The translations under genes were made by a program, and so were the position numbers. A stretch of DNA of 64,000 nt from Sphingopyxis sp. (GTDB lineage Bacteria; Pseudomonadota; Alphaproteobacteria; Sphingomonadales; Sphingomonadaceae), in NCBI RefSeq assembly GCF_035944815.1, contig NZ_DASZAU010000006.1, positions 36,778 through 100,777 on the forward strand. Direction: 5' to 3'. Below are positions 47,773 to 56,440 of the stretch, piece after piece. How positions within the stretch are numbered: position 1 is the stretch's first letter; each line of letters opens with the position of its first letter. The notes below the pieces were generated by a model. The model did no database searches, was not told where the DNA came from, and saw only the letters and a list, made by a program, of their open reading frames with translations.

Positions 47773-48486
47773 ATGAGAACGGCCGGATGGCGCTCTTTCC
47801 TGATATATGGTTGCGCAATCGCGCTTTGCCAACCGCTCGCCGCGTGCGGATCGGCGGAAAACCAATCGGCTTCGACCAATGACAAGGTCGCTGCGAAGGT
47901 GGCGCCGGCGATCCCCGCAGACGCGCCGCTGGTGATCGCCTTTGGCGACAGCCTTTATGCCGGCTACCAGCTCGGTCCGAAGGAAGGCCTTGCCCCGCAA
48001 TTGCAGGCCGCGCTTGGTGAAGACGGCGTCGTCGCACGCGTCCAGAATGCCGGCGTCTCGGGCGATACCACCGCCGCGGGGCGCCAGCGCCTGACCTATG
48101 TGCTCGACAACGCCAAGGTGAAGCCCGCGCTCGTCGTGCTCGGGCTTGGCGGGAACGACATGCTGCGCGGTATCGGCCCCGACCAGACGCGCGCCAATCT
48201 CGATGCGATGCTCGCCGAACTGAAGAAGCGCGAAATCCCCGTGCTGCTGACCGGCATGATGGCGGCACCCAATCTCGGCAGCGACTATGCGGGCAAGTTC
48301 AACCCCATCTATCCCGAACTCGCGTCGAAATATGAGGTGAGCTTCTATCCCTTCATCCTCGACAATGTGATCACCGACAAGGCGCTGATGCTCGGCGACA
48401 ACCTGCACCCCAATGCCGAGGGGGTGAAAGTCGTTGCGGAAGGGTTGGCGCCGCTCGTCGAACAGGCGCTGCCCGGTGCGGGCTAG
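47773..48486 (+). CDS. SGNH/GDSL arylesterase-thioesterase (TesA-like), secreted
   Basis: Block I FGDSLYAG, block [11 protein letters not shown] and a late DxxH region (DNLHPN). Signal or lipoprotein-like N-terminus. Confidence 0.85.
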   Translation: MRTAGWRSFLIYGCAIALCQPLAACGSAENQSASTNDKVAAKVAPAIPADAPLVIAFGDSLYAGYQLGPKEGLAPQLQAALGEDGVVARVQNAGVSGDTTAAGRQRLTYVLDNAKVKPALVVLGLGGNDMLRGIGPDQTRANLDAMLAELKKREIPVLLTGMMAAPNLGSDYAGKFNPIYPELASKYEVSFYPFILDNVITDKALMLGDNLHPNAEGVKVVAEGLAPLVEQALPGAG

Positions 48487-48806
48487 TTCCCGCGCGGCCC
48501 GAAGAGGATGATCGCCGCGCCGCCGAGGCACACCGCGGCGCCGATCAGGTCCCAGCGGTCGGGCTTCGCCCCCTCGACCGCCCACAGCCACACGAGCGCC
48601 GAGGCGATATAGACCCCGCCATAGGCCGCGTAGGTGCGCCCCGCATGCTCGGCATCGACGAGGGTGAGCAGATACGCGAACAGCGCGAGCGCTGCCATGC
48701 CGGGCACGATCCACCAGATCGGCTTGTCGAGCCGGAGCCATGCCCAGAAGGCGAAGCAACCTGCGATTTCGGCCAGCGCGGCCCCGATATAGGCGAAGGC
48801 GGTCAT
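48483..48806 (-). CDS. ynfA: YnfA-family (UPF0060) small membrane protein
   Basis: 107 aa. [18 protein letters not shown] ... [17 protein letters not shown] is characteristic of YnfA. Confidence 0.85.
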   Translation of the reverse strand: MTAFAYIGAALAEIAGCFAFWAWLRLDKPIWWIVPGMAALALFAYLLTLVDAEHAGRTYAAYGGVYIASALVWLWAVEGAKPDRWDLIGAAVCLGGAAIILFGPRGN

Positions 48807-48849
48807 GCCGCCACCGTGGCGGGCGTGCGGCCGAAAGGGAAGGGGCGTT

Positions 48850-49260
48850 CTAGCCCTTGTCGAATTTCGGCGCGCGATCGGTCAGTGCGGCATCGACCAG
48901 TTCGTCGAGCATCGCGTTGCGTTCGCTGCTGAACACGCCTGCGCACTGGTTGACGACGCGGCTCCGTTTGCCGTCTTCGCTCGCGGCCTCGAAGGCCATC
49001 GGGCACCACCAGCCATTCTTGTTCGCTTCGTCGAGCACGGTCCATTCGACCACGCCGTCGTGGTTGGTCCACACACGCGGTTTCAGCTTTTCGTTGCCCG
49101 GTAGCACGCCGCGTTCGAATTCGGCCGACAGGAGGATGCGGCGCGCATCGTCCGGCGTCATCGCATAGCCGTCCTCGGCGGGCGCCGCGGCGTCCGTGCC
49201 CCCGGCCGAGCAGGCGCCCAGCGCCGAAGCCGCGATCAATCCCCAAATCAGTTTCGTCAT
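48850..49260 (-). CDS. hypothetical lipoprotein
   Basis: 136 aa with signal peptide plus lipobox ([17 protein letters not shown]). No family recognised. Confidence 0.55.
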   Translation of the reverse strand: MTKLIWGLIAASALGACSAGGTDAAAPAEDGYAMTPDDARRILLSAEFERGVLPGNEKLKPRVWTNHDGVVEWTVLDEANKNGWWCPMAFEAASEDGKRSRVVNQCAGVFSSERNAMLDELVDAALTDRAPKFDKG

Positions 49261-49337
49261 ACCCCACCTCCGTCGAGCCGGGTTTAGCGCCGAGTGGTAA
49301 ATATCGGCTCAATGACGAAAGGCGGGTGATGTGGGCG

Positions 49338-49368
49338 AGAAAAAAGGGGCGACCCGCAGGCCGCCCCT
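49338..49368 (-). terminator. rho-independent terminator of the OMP gene
   Basis: The minus strand reads aggggcggcctgcgggtcgcccct followed by tttttt, 29 nt after the stop at 49397. Confidence 0.8.
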
Positions 49369-49396
49369 CTCTTTTCGTTTCGCTGGTCCGAATGGA

Positions 49397-49855
49397 TCAG
49401 AAAGCGAAGCCGACGCCGACCGCGAAGGTGTCGAAATCGCTGAAGTTACCGATGAACTGGTGGCGATATTCGGCCTTGGCATAGACGTTCTGGCCCAGCT
49501 TGTGCTGGTAGCCGGCGCCGATGTACGGGTCGTCGATGTCGGTGAAGGTGTAACCGCCGGTCACATAGGCCTTGCCGGCCGCGCCGACCTTGGCACCGAG
49601 GCGGCCACCGGCCGAGAACTGGACGTCGGCGCCGTCGACGAGCACCTTGTCGCCGGCGACTTCGGCGCCAGCGAATGCGGTCGAGCCGAGGTCGAAATCA
49701 TAGCCGGCCGCGACACCGAGGGTGGCGTCGTCGAGGCCGCTGCCCGTGACGTAGCCGCCGCGCAGTTCGACGCGGGCTTCGCCGCCTTCGGCAGCCATGG
49801 CGGGGGTTGCAACGATGGCCGTCAGGAGAGCGGCTGCAACTGCGAATTTCTTCAT
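49397..49855 (-). CDS. small outer-membrane beta-barrel protein
   Basis: Signal peptide MKKFAVAAALLTAIVATPAMA, alternating Gly/aromatic beta-strand pattern, and a C-terminus ...FAVGVGFAF ending in Phe. Confidence 0.78.
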   Translation of the reverse strand: MKKFAVAAALLTAIVATPAMAAEGGEARVELRGGYVTGSGLDDATLGVAAGYDFDLGSTAFAGAEVAGDKVLVDGADVQFSAGGRLGAKVGAAGKAYVTGGYTFTDIDDPYIGAGYQHKLGQNVYAKAEYRHQFIGNFSDFDTFAVGVGFAF

Positions 49856-50080
49856 TTTTCTTTTCCTTCTTTTACTCGGGTCGTCCCGTTCGGGTTACGG
49901 CCCGCCCCCTAAATGGCGTTCGCGGCTGTCGCTTCAATGAACGGATCGTTCAGAATGTGACAATTTTCTTACCTGTGTTATTTTTACCACACAGTATAGA
50001 ATAGCTATGCAATATCGCGCCCGGAAACGGACCGATTTCTGCGGCTTTCGGGAGGGTGGTGAAGCGCCCGGCGGCGATCG

Positions 50081-51328
50081 TCAGCCGAGCGCAGCCTGCT
50101 TTTCCTCGGCGATGCGGTCGAGTTCGGCGCGCGTCGGCTTGGTCGCGGCGCTTTTCAATTGTCCGCACGCCGCCATGATGTCGCGCCCGCGCGGGGTGCG
50201 CACCGGCGCCGAAATGCCGGCCTTGAAAATCAGGTTGCTGAACGCGCGCACGCGCTCGGGCGTCGAACATTCATAGGGCGCGCCGGGCCAGGGGTTGAAG
50301 GGGATCAGGTTGACCTTCGCCGGCAGCTTATATTGCTTGATCAGCCGGACGAGTTCGCGCGCGTCGTCGTCGCTGTCATTCTTGTCCTTGAGCATCACAT
50401 ATTCGAAGGTGATGCGGCGCGCATTGTTTGCGCCGGGATAATCGGCGCACGCCTGCAGCAGTTCCTCGATGCCATATTTGCGGTTGAGCGGGACGATCTC
50501 GTCGCGGATTTCCTTGTTCACCGCGTGGAGCGAGACGGCGAGGTTGACGCCGATCTCTTCGCCCGCGCGCGCCATCATTGGGACGACGCCGCTGGTCGAC
50601 AGCGTGATGCGGCGCTTCGACAGCGCAAGCCCGTCGCCGTCCATTACGATCTTGAGCGCGCCCTTGACCTCGTCGAAATTATAGAGCGGCTCGCCCATGC
50701 CCATCATCACGATATTGGTGAGCATCCGGCCGTCGGCGGTATAATGGCCCGCCTCGTCGTCAAAATCCTCGTCCTCGGGATCGGCCCCGAAACCAGCCAT
50801 CGTCCCTTTCGGCCATTCGCCGAGCGCGTCGCGCGCCAGCAGCACCTGCCCGACGATCTCGCCCGCGCCGAGATTGCGGACAAGGCGCATCGTGCCGGTG
50901 TGGCAGAAGCGGCAGTTCAATGTGCAGCCGACCTGGCTCGAGACACACAATGTCCCCCGATCGGCGTCGGGGATGAACACCATCTCATATTCCTGGCCGT
51001 CGGCGGCGGCGAGCAGCCATTTGCGCGTGCCGTCGCTCGACACCTGCGCCTCACGCACCGTCGGGCGGCCGATGATATAGCGGTCGGTCAGCCAGGGGCG
51101 CATCGTCTTCGCGATGTCGGTCATCGCCTCGAAATCGGTGACCCCGCGGTGATAGATCCAATGCCAGATCTGCTTGGCGCGCAGCTTTGCCGCTTTCGCG
51201 TCCAGCCCGGCCTCGACCAGTTCGGCGCGGATCGCGTCGCGCGTCAGCCCGACGAGGTCGATGCGGTTGCCGCCACGCAAGGGAACGGTGCCCGTCGTGA
51301 CGGGGTCGATATGGCCGGGAATCTGCAT
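50081..51328 (-). CDS. rlmN: 23S rRNA/tRNA (adenine-C2)-methyltransferase, radical SAM
   Basis: Radical-SAM [20 protein letters not shown], and the C-terminal catalytic Cys region (DIMAACGQL). Confidence 0.93.
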   Translation of the reverse strand: MQIPGHIDPVTTGTVPLRGGNRIDLVGLTRDAIRAELVEAGLDAKAAKLRAKQIWHWIYHRGVTDFEAMTDIAKTMRPWLTDRYIIGRPTVREAQVSSDGTRKWLLAAADGQEYEMVFIPDADRGTLCVSSQVGCTLNCRFCHTGTMRLVRNLGAGEIVGQVLLARDALGEWPKGTMAGFGADPEDEDFDDEAGHYTADGRMLTNIVMMGMGEPLYNFDEVKGALKIVMDGDGLALSKRRITLSTSGVVPMMARAGEEIGVNLAVSLHAVNKEIRDEIVPLNRKYGIEELLQACADYPGANNARRITFEYVMLKDKNDSDDDARELVRLIKQYKLPAKVNLIPFNPWPGAPYECSTPERVRAFSNLIFKAGISAPVRTPRGRDIMAACGQLKSAATKPTRAELDRIAEEKQAALG

Positions 51329-51398
51329 GATGCGCGGCCATATAGTGGCAAAGGGCCGTTTGCGCCAGTCCCGGCGACAAGCGGCCCTTTGTCGTCGA

Positions 51399-52142
51399 TT
51401 ACAGCGACTTCAGCATCGCCAGCATCTGCGGCACCGTCCCGTTCGCCTCGGCGTTGCGCAGCGGCAGGACATTCTGCACGAGGATTTCCGCCGGCGTCGG
51501 CTCTACCGCGAACAGCGCCATCACCTCGTCGGCAAAGTCGCCCAGCGGCATATAGCCCTCGCGCGTCGACTGGCCGGGGGTCAGGTCGGTACGCACCGCG
51601 GGGGGCGCCAACTCGATCACCTCGACCCTGCCTTCCAGCTGGATGCGCAGCGCGACCGAGTAGCTGTGCATCGCCGCCTTGGTCGCCGAATAGGTCGGCG
51701 CCTTGGGGAAGGGGACGAAGGCGAGGCCCGAGGTGACGTTGACGATCGCGCTGTCCGCTTGCGCCGCCAGATGATCGACGAGCGCGTCGGTCAGCCGGAT
51801 CGGGCCGAGGATGTTGGTGATGACGGTGGCCTCTGCCTGCGTCAGGTCGCGTTTCGTACCGGCATCCTCGGCGTTCATGATACCGGCATTGTTGACCAGC
51901 ACGTTGAGGTCCGGGAATCGCGCGACGATGTCCTTGGCGAAAGCCGCGATCGCGTCGGCATCGGTGACGTCGAGCGACACCGCCGACATGTTCGGCCGCC
52001 CGGCGATCGCCGCCTGCAGCTTGTCGGCGTTGCGGCCGGTGACGATCACCTTGTTGCCCGCGTCGTGCCAGCGCTGCGCGAGCGCCAGCCCGATGCCCGA
52101 ACCGCCGCCGGTGACGAGGATGGTGTTGCCTGTGGTTTTCAT
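51399..52142 (-). CDS. SDR-family oxidoreductase
   Basis: Trimmed to ATG 52142. TGGGSGIG cofactor motif, NNAG, and the YSATKAA catalytic triad context. Confidence 0.88.
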   Translation of the reverse strand: MKTTGNTILVTGGGSGIGLALAQRWHDAGNKVIVTGRNADKLQAAIAGRPNMSAVSLDVTDADAIAAFAKDIVARFPDLNVLVNNAGIMNAEDAGTKRDLTQAEATVITNILGPIRLTDALVDHLAAQADSAIVNVTSGLAFVPFPKAPTYSATKAAMHSYSVALRIQLEGRVEVIELAPPAVRTDLTPGQSTREGYMPLGDFADEVMALFAVEPTPAEILVQNVLPLRNAEANGTVPQMLAMLKSL

Positions 52143-52256
52143 GATTTGCCTCCTTTGGGGGTGGTGAGAAGGCCCAGATATTCCTATACTCTCCAAAAGG
52201 AAGAAGGCACCCGAAAGTGCCATAGTTACCAAAAAGAGAGATTTGGATTTTCCGCC

Positions 52257-52649
52257 ATGCCCACGCCCGAAAAAATATCCTACGATCCGAATGCGCCGGT
52301 CGATCCGCGCGTCGAAACGCTGGTCAACGAACTGATCGGCCGAGTCGCCGACAAATGGACTTTACTCGTTCTCGAGGAACTGGAGGATCATGGAACCTGC
52401 CGCTTCACCGAATTGTCGCGCCGCGTGCCCGGAATCAGCCAGAAAATGCTGACGCAGACGCTGCGCCAGATGGAGCGCGACGGACTGCTGGTGCGCACGG
52501 TGCATCCGGTCGTTCCGCCCAAGGTCGAATATTGCCTGACCGACCTTGGTCACAGCTTGGGCGAGGCTTTCTGCGGCGTGTGGGTGTGGGCGGAGGCCAA
52601 TCTGGAACGCGTGGCGCGGGCAAGGATGGCGTTCGACGCTCGGGGGTGA
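52257..52649 (+). CDS. HxlR-family transcriptional regulator
   Basis: Only the last 130 codons of track ORF 51174..52649 are used. DKWTLLVLEEL...RFTELSRRVPGISQKMLTQTLRQMERDGLLVRTVHPVVPPKVEYCLT is the HxlR wHTH. Divergent from the SDR gene. Confidence 0.88.
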   Translation: MPTPEKISYDPNAPVDPRVETLVNELIGRVADKWTLLVLEELEDHGTCRFTELSRRVPGISQKMLTQTLRQMERDGLLVRTVHPVVPPKVEYCLTDLGHSLGEAFCGVWVWAEANLERVARARMAFDARG

Positions 52650-52808
52650 GCCTGCTCCAGGTCTGCGCAGGGGTTTTGTATTTCGGTGAAAAGCGAAAGC
52701 AGAAAATGATTCTCGGCGACATCAGTAGATTATCGCTTCCTCATGTGAATTGCGGTATGTTTTTCGTTCAGGAAAATGCGAAGGAAGATAACGACCAAGG
52801 AGAGCGAG

Positions 52809-53798
52809 ATGAAAGCATGGTTCGCTTTGATGCTGTTGCCGTTGCTTGGCGGTCAGGCATCTCCGGTTACGACAAGCTGTTCCATGAGGATATCCCAAGA
52901 ACAGGACGTCAGTACTGTCTTTCACGGCCGTAATTTACATGTCGGTGATAACGTCCTTTCCTATGTATCGGGTCTGGAAATAGACTATGATGGTGCGCCG
53001 GACGCCTATCATCGTGGCGGGGTCGGGACCGAAACGGATCCGGGGCTTGATCACATCTGCAACGGCGGCGATGTGATGGAAGTAAAGGACGGCAAGCTCG
53101 TCGCAAAATATTACCGCGATGGTTCGATGCGTACGCTGAGCGGAGGCAATTCCGCGCTGTGCAAGGCGGACTATATTGCGCTTCGCGAAGCCGGCTTTCC
53201 CGCGTGCGGCCCCGAACAACGCGAATGCATGCGCTTTTTCGGGATCAAGACAAAGCCGCGATCATGTGGCTATGACCGGGCGGCGGATAAGGGATGCGGC
53301 GAGCCGATCCTCCAGACGATTGATGGCAAGAAGACGGATTTCTACGTAACGACCAATCGGCTGCTGCGTCCGGGGGCTCCGCGAGACAGCGATGTTCAAC
53401 GCGACTATGCGGACGCGATGCAGGTGCCCTTTGTCGTTCTCCCCGGAGGAGCGCGATACCCCGGCAACATGCGGCCAGAACCCGGCGATCTCGTCCTCCT
53501 CGCATTTGGGCAACACAAGGCCTGGGGTGTCGTCGGCGACACCGGCCCCTCGACGAAGCTGGGCGAAGCGTCGCCCGCCATGCGCGAGCGGCTGGGAATA
53601 ATGCACAAGCGAGGAATTGAAACCGGCGCAACGACCTTCGTATTTCCGGGGTCGGCAGGTCGGTTGTCGGCGGTCTGGCCGCTGACGGGCGAAGCGATCG
53701 ACAAGGCCGGCGCGGAACTCCTCGCCGCGCGCGGCGATGCTGCGGCCATTGCTGCCTGTTTCAACAACCGCATTTCGAAAAAGAAGGGTGGGAAATGA
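52809..53798 (+). CDS. secreted Cys-rich protein with GH75-like (chitosanase-fold) motifs
   Basis: ATG 52809 after aaggaga. Signal peptide MKAWFALMLLPLLGGQA. The motifs LEIDYDGAPDAY, VPFVVLPGG and AWGVVGDTGPSTKLGEAS parallel the fungal GH75 motifs DIDCDGA / PYVVFGN / YGIWGDTNG..GEAS as I remember them. The DNA is lower-GC. Confidence 0.65.
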   Translation: MKAWFALMLLPLLGGQASPVTTSCSMRISQEQDVSTVFHGRNLHVGDNVLSYVSGLEIDYDGAPDAYHRGGVGTETDPGLDHICNGGDVMEVKDGKLVAKYYRDGSMRTLSGGNSALCKADYIALREAGFPACGPEQRECMRFFGIKTKPRSCGYDRAADKGCGEPILQTIDGKKTDFYVTTNRLLRPGAPRDSDVQRDYADAMQVPFVVLPGGARYPGNMRPEPGDLVLLAFGQHKAWGVVGDTGPSTKLGEASPAMRERLGIMHKRGIETGATTFVFPGSAGRLSAVWPLTGEAIDKAGAELLAARGDAAAIAACFNNRISKKKGGK

Positions 53799-54265
53799 TG
53801 GTGCACAAACTGTGTCGGCCAAGTCGTGCGGGGATTTGGGCCGCTGCGTTCCTGACGATGATTCCATCGGCAGCGTACGCCGATCCGGCCACGCACACGA
53901 TGACCCTTACGTCGAAGGAGGTTACACATGACGGGCTCAAGTCATGCATGGTCACGGCCGAACTCACCAACATCGGCGGTGCTTCGACAGGGGGATTTAC
54001 GATCCGATTGGGTTTCCTTGGACATCCGGGCATCGAAGAAGGCACGATGACCTATTTCCGCTTTGGATGGCCCGGACTGGCGCCGGGTAAATCGGAGAGG
54101 ACGAGTGATCATGCCGAAGGGATGCAGTGCAGCGACATAGAGGTTGTCGCGGCGACCGGTGAGAAGGACGAGGCGTCAGCGGAATTTATCAAGGTCAATG
54201 CAGAAGCTCTCGCGGCGCCGTCGTTCAAGGCGCAGGCGATCTTTGCAGAAGATCCGGAGCGCTAG
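53795..54265 (+). CDS. secreted hypothetical protein, translationally coupled partner of the GH75-like gene
   Basis: ATGA overlap with the upstream gene. Signal peptide (...AAAFLTMIPSAAYA|DP). The mature part of about 125 aa has 2 Cys. No family recognised. Confidence 0.6.
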   Translation: MMVHKLCRPSRAGIWAAAFLTMIPSAAYADPATHTMTLTSKEVTHDGLKSCMVTAELTNIGGASTGGFTIRLGFLGHPGIEEGTMTYFRFGWPGLAPGKSERTSDHAEGMQCSDIEVVAATGEKDEASAEFIKVNAEALAAPSFKAQAIFAEDPER

Positions 54266-54327
54266 GGGCTCGCGTTGTTGGGCCCTCTTCGAGGGCGACT
54301 TCGACATACGGGGCTTTTCGGAACAAG

Positions 54328-54362
54328 CCGGGACCATGATCGTGCCCGAATCATGGCCCCGG
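54328..54362. terminator. hairpin between convergent genes (terminator-like)
   Basis: ccgggaccatgat-cgtgcccga-atcatggccccgg forms a 13-bp stem with 1 mismatch. The T tracts on both sides are poor. Confidence 0.45.
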
Positions 54363-54394
54363 CTTTGACGAACCCTGCAACTTGGGTTCGCCGG

Positions 54395-54724
54395 TCAGTT
54401 GCGGATCGAGCTGATCCGGATCGGCGCCTCGCGCGTCGCATCGGCGACGACGACATCGGCCTGTGCGGAGGCGACGCGTTTGGTATCGCGGCGGCATTGC
54501 CGCACGTCATTCTTGCCGGCGATGTCGAAATCGGGCGCGGTGCCACACACTTCGACGACAGCGCGCCAGATGCGGCGGTCGAGCGCCTTGGTGCCGGCCT
54601 CGGTCCGAAGGTCGAGGTCCTTGTGTGCCACGGCGACGCTCGGGTTCGCTGGGGCGGTTTGTGCCGATGCGGGCTGGCCGATCGATACGGCAGCGAGGGC
54701 GGCGAGGATCAGAAGCTTTTGCAT
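54395..54724 (-). CDS. UrcA-family periplasmic protein
   Basis: Trimmed to ATG 54724. Signal peptide MQKLLILAALAAVSIGQPASA. The core VAHKDLDLRTEAGTKALDRRIWRAVVEVCG matches the UrcA family pattern. Confidence 0.8.
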   Translation of the reverse strand: MQKLLILAALAAVSIGQPASAQTAPANPSVAVAHKDLDLRTEAGTKALDRRIWRAVVEVCGTAPDFDIAGKNDVRQCRRDTKRVASAQADVVVADATREAPIRISSIRN

Positions 54725-54820
54725 CTTGTTTCTCCATCGTCCGGCTGAGGAGGGGAGGAAGCCGGTAAAACAGAGATAAGGGAATGGCTGGAGCGGCGGG
54801 AGCAACGATGTTGCGCACCT

Positions 54821-54840
54821 ATTCTGCAAAATTGCAGAAT
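54821..54840. promoter_or_regulatory. near-perfect 20-bp palindrome, candidate LysR-type binding site
   Basis: attctgca-aaat-tgcagaat has perfect 8-bp arms and fits the T-N11-A class. It lies 33 nt upstream of the LysR gene, in the urcA/lysR divergent spacer. Confidence 0.55.
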
Positions 54841-54872
54841 GAGCGGCGGGCGATTATGTCGCACAAGACGTC

Positions 54873-55754
54873 ATGTATGATTGGAACGACCTGAAGGCCT
54901 TTCTGGCCGTGGCCGAAACCGGCAGCACGCTGTCGGCGGCGCAATCGATGCGCGTCAGCCAGACGACCGTCGCGCGCCGCATCGCGGCGCTCGAGGAAGC
55001 GACCGGGCTCAACCTGTTCGAACGGCGGCAAGCGGGTTATGCGCTGACCCCGGTGGGCGAGGCGATGCTGGCGAGCGCGCTGGCGGTGAAGGACGCCGCC
55101 GACCGTTTCGGCGAGGCCGCGGGGGCGCGATCGCGCGATGCCGGCGGGACGGTCAGCCTGACGACGATGGAAATCTTTGCGGTGACGATCCTGCCGCCGA
55201 TCCTGCGCGACCTGCGCGCCGCGCATCCGGGCATCCACATCCAGCTCGATACGGCGGACGAACCGCGCGATCTGGCCGCAGGCGCGGCGGACATCGCGAT
55301 CCGCAGCAGCAAGCAGCCGAGCGGCGGCGGCCTCGTCGGGCGGCGCATAGCCGACAATCCGTGGACCGTTTATTGCAGCCGCGACTATGCCGATTTGCAC
55401 GGCATCCCGCACACGCGTGAGGAACTCGCCACGCACCCTTTCATCGGCGGCGGCGGCTATGTCTGGGAACCCTATCAGGCGTGGCTGCGGCAATATCGGC
55501 TCGAGGAGTCGGTGGTGATGAAATATGACACCGGTACCGGGCTGCTCGCGGGCGTGCGTTCGGGCATGGGGCTCACGATCCTGCCCGCCTTCATCGCCGA
55601 CCGCGAACCCGATTTGATCCGCTGTATTCCGCCAAAGAATGAGGACACGACGGGGCTGTGGTTGCTGACGCACGAACGGCTGCGTCATGTCCCGCGCGTG
55701 CGGCTGGTCCTCGATTTTCTCGCGGCCGAACTGACGAAGCTCGCGCGGACCTAG
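54873..55754 (+). CDS. LysR-family transcriptional regulator
   Basis: N-terminal HTH WNDLKAFLAVAETGSTLSAAQSMRVSQTTVARRIAALEEATG, followed by a LysR substrate-binding domain. Confidence 0.9.
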   Translation: MYDWNDLKAFLAVAETGSTLSAAQSMRVSQTTVARRIAALEEATGLNLFERRQAGYALTPVGEAMLASALAVKDAADRFGEAAGARSRDAGGTVSLTTMEIFAVTILPPILRDLRAAHPGIHIQLDTADEPRDLAAGAADIAIRSSKQPSGGGLVGRRIADNPWTVYCSRDYADLHGIPHTREELATHPFIGGGGYVWEPYQAWLRQYRLEESVVMKYDTGTGLLAGVRSGMGLTILPAFIADREPDLIRCIPPKNEDTTGLWLLTHERLRHVPRVRLVLDFLAAELTKLART

Positions 55755-55770
55755 AACAAGGGAGCAGGTT

Positions 55771-56268
55771 TTACCGCAGCTTCGCGCATCCCAGCGCCGC
55801 CGCGTCGATCGCGGTTGCTGCGCCGCGCAGGCGGTAGGTGTCGGCGATTGCGCCGCCCGTCGCGGTGCCGCTCTCGACGCTCATGCTGGGTGCCGATCGC
55901 ATCGCCGCGACGATCGCCGCATCCATGCGTGCGTCGCTCGCCCAGCCATGCGCCCCGTTGCCGGTCAGGATGAAGCGGCGGCTGCCGATCGTCAGGCGGA
56001 GCTCGCGGCCCGGCGCACGCGCTTTCGACAGCCGGACGTAGAATTGGCCGCGGATACGCGATTTCGGCCAGTAGCCGACGCTGGCATAGCCCCTGACCTG
56101 CGGCGTGCCGATCGTTGCAGAGGGGGCGGCGAGGGCATAGCATCGCGGGCTTGCGGGATCGCGGAACGCGCCCCAGCCGTCGAAAATGCCGAGCGCGGTC
56201 GGGGCAGCCGCAAGCGTCGCGGCGGGCGCCGCCGCCAGCATCAGGAAAAGGGTGGCCCAGCGCCGCAT
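55771..56268 (-). CDS. periplasmic protein, invasion-associated locus B (IalB)-like
   Basis: Trimmed to ATG 56268. Signal peptide MRRWATLFLMLAAAPAATLAA. The W..C...C-terminal Cys layout is as I recall for IalB-family proteins. The assignment is tentative. Confidence 0.5.
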   Translation of the reverse strand: MRRWATLFLMLAAAPAATLAAAPTALGIFDGWGAFRDPASPRCYALAAPSATIGTPQVRGYASVGYWPKSRIRGQFYVRLSKARAPGRELRLTIGSRRFILTGNGAHGWASDARMDAAIVAAMRSAPSMSVESGTATGGAIADTYRLRGAATAIDAAALGCAKLR

Positions 56269-56440
56269 CGCTCCTCGTTTGCGCGATTGGGGATGCTTTG
56301 CAAGCATGGCTTGCGCGTTGCGGTGCGTGCGTTAAGGAAGGTGGACATTTTCAGGGGCCAGAATCGGGGCACGAATCGCCTCCGATGGTCTGTCCCTCAG
56401 GGACTTTTCCCGCGGCATATACAGGGATGGCGGATTTAGA

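Noticed and set aside
49856-50080. AT-richer spacer upstream of the OMP gene with tgtgacaattttcttacctgtgttatttttaccacaca (possible CRP/FNR-type site or small gene)
   Set aside because: There is no proper TGTGA-N6-TCACA dyad, only short imperfect direct repeats. No ORF or RNA structure could be supported, so it is most simply the OMP promoter and 5' UTR.
51174-52649. 491-aa plus-strand ORF
   Set aside because: Only its last 130 codons (from ATG 52257) form the HxlR regulator. The upstream 360 codons are antisense to the rlmN 5' end and the SDR gene and are Arg-rich junk. The same reasoning was used to trim track ORFs 4066, 7643, 10580, 17130, 20260, 29991, 31372, 40865, 43593 and 62231 to internal starts.
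56340-56348. ggtggacat upstream of dnaN, resembling a DnaA box (TGTGGATAA)
   Set aside because: Only about 6 of 9 positions match, and it is a single copy with no AT-rich unwinding element or box cluster. dnaA is not adjacent here, so it is not treated as an origin feature.
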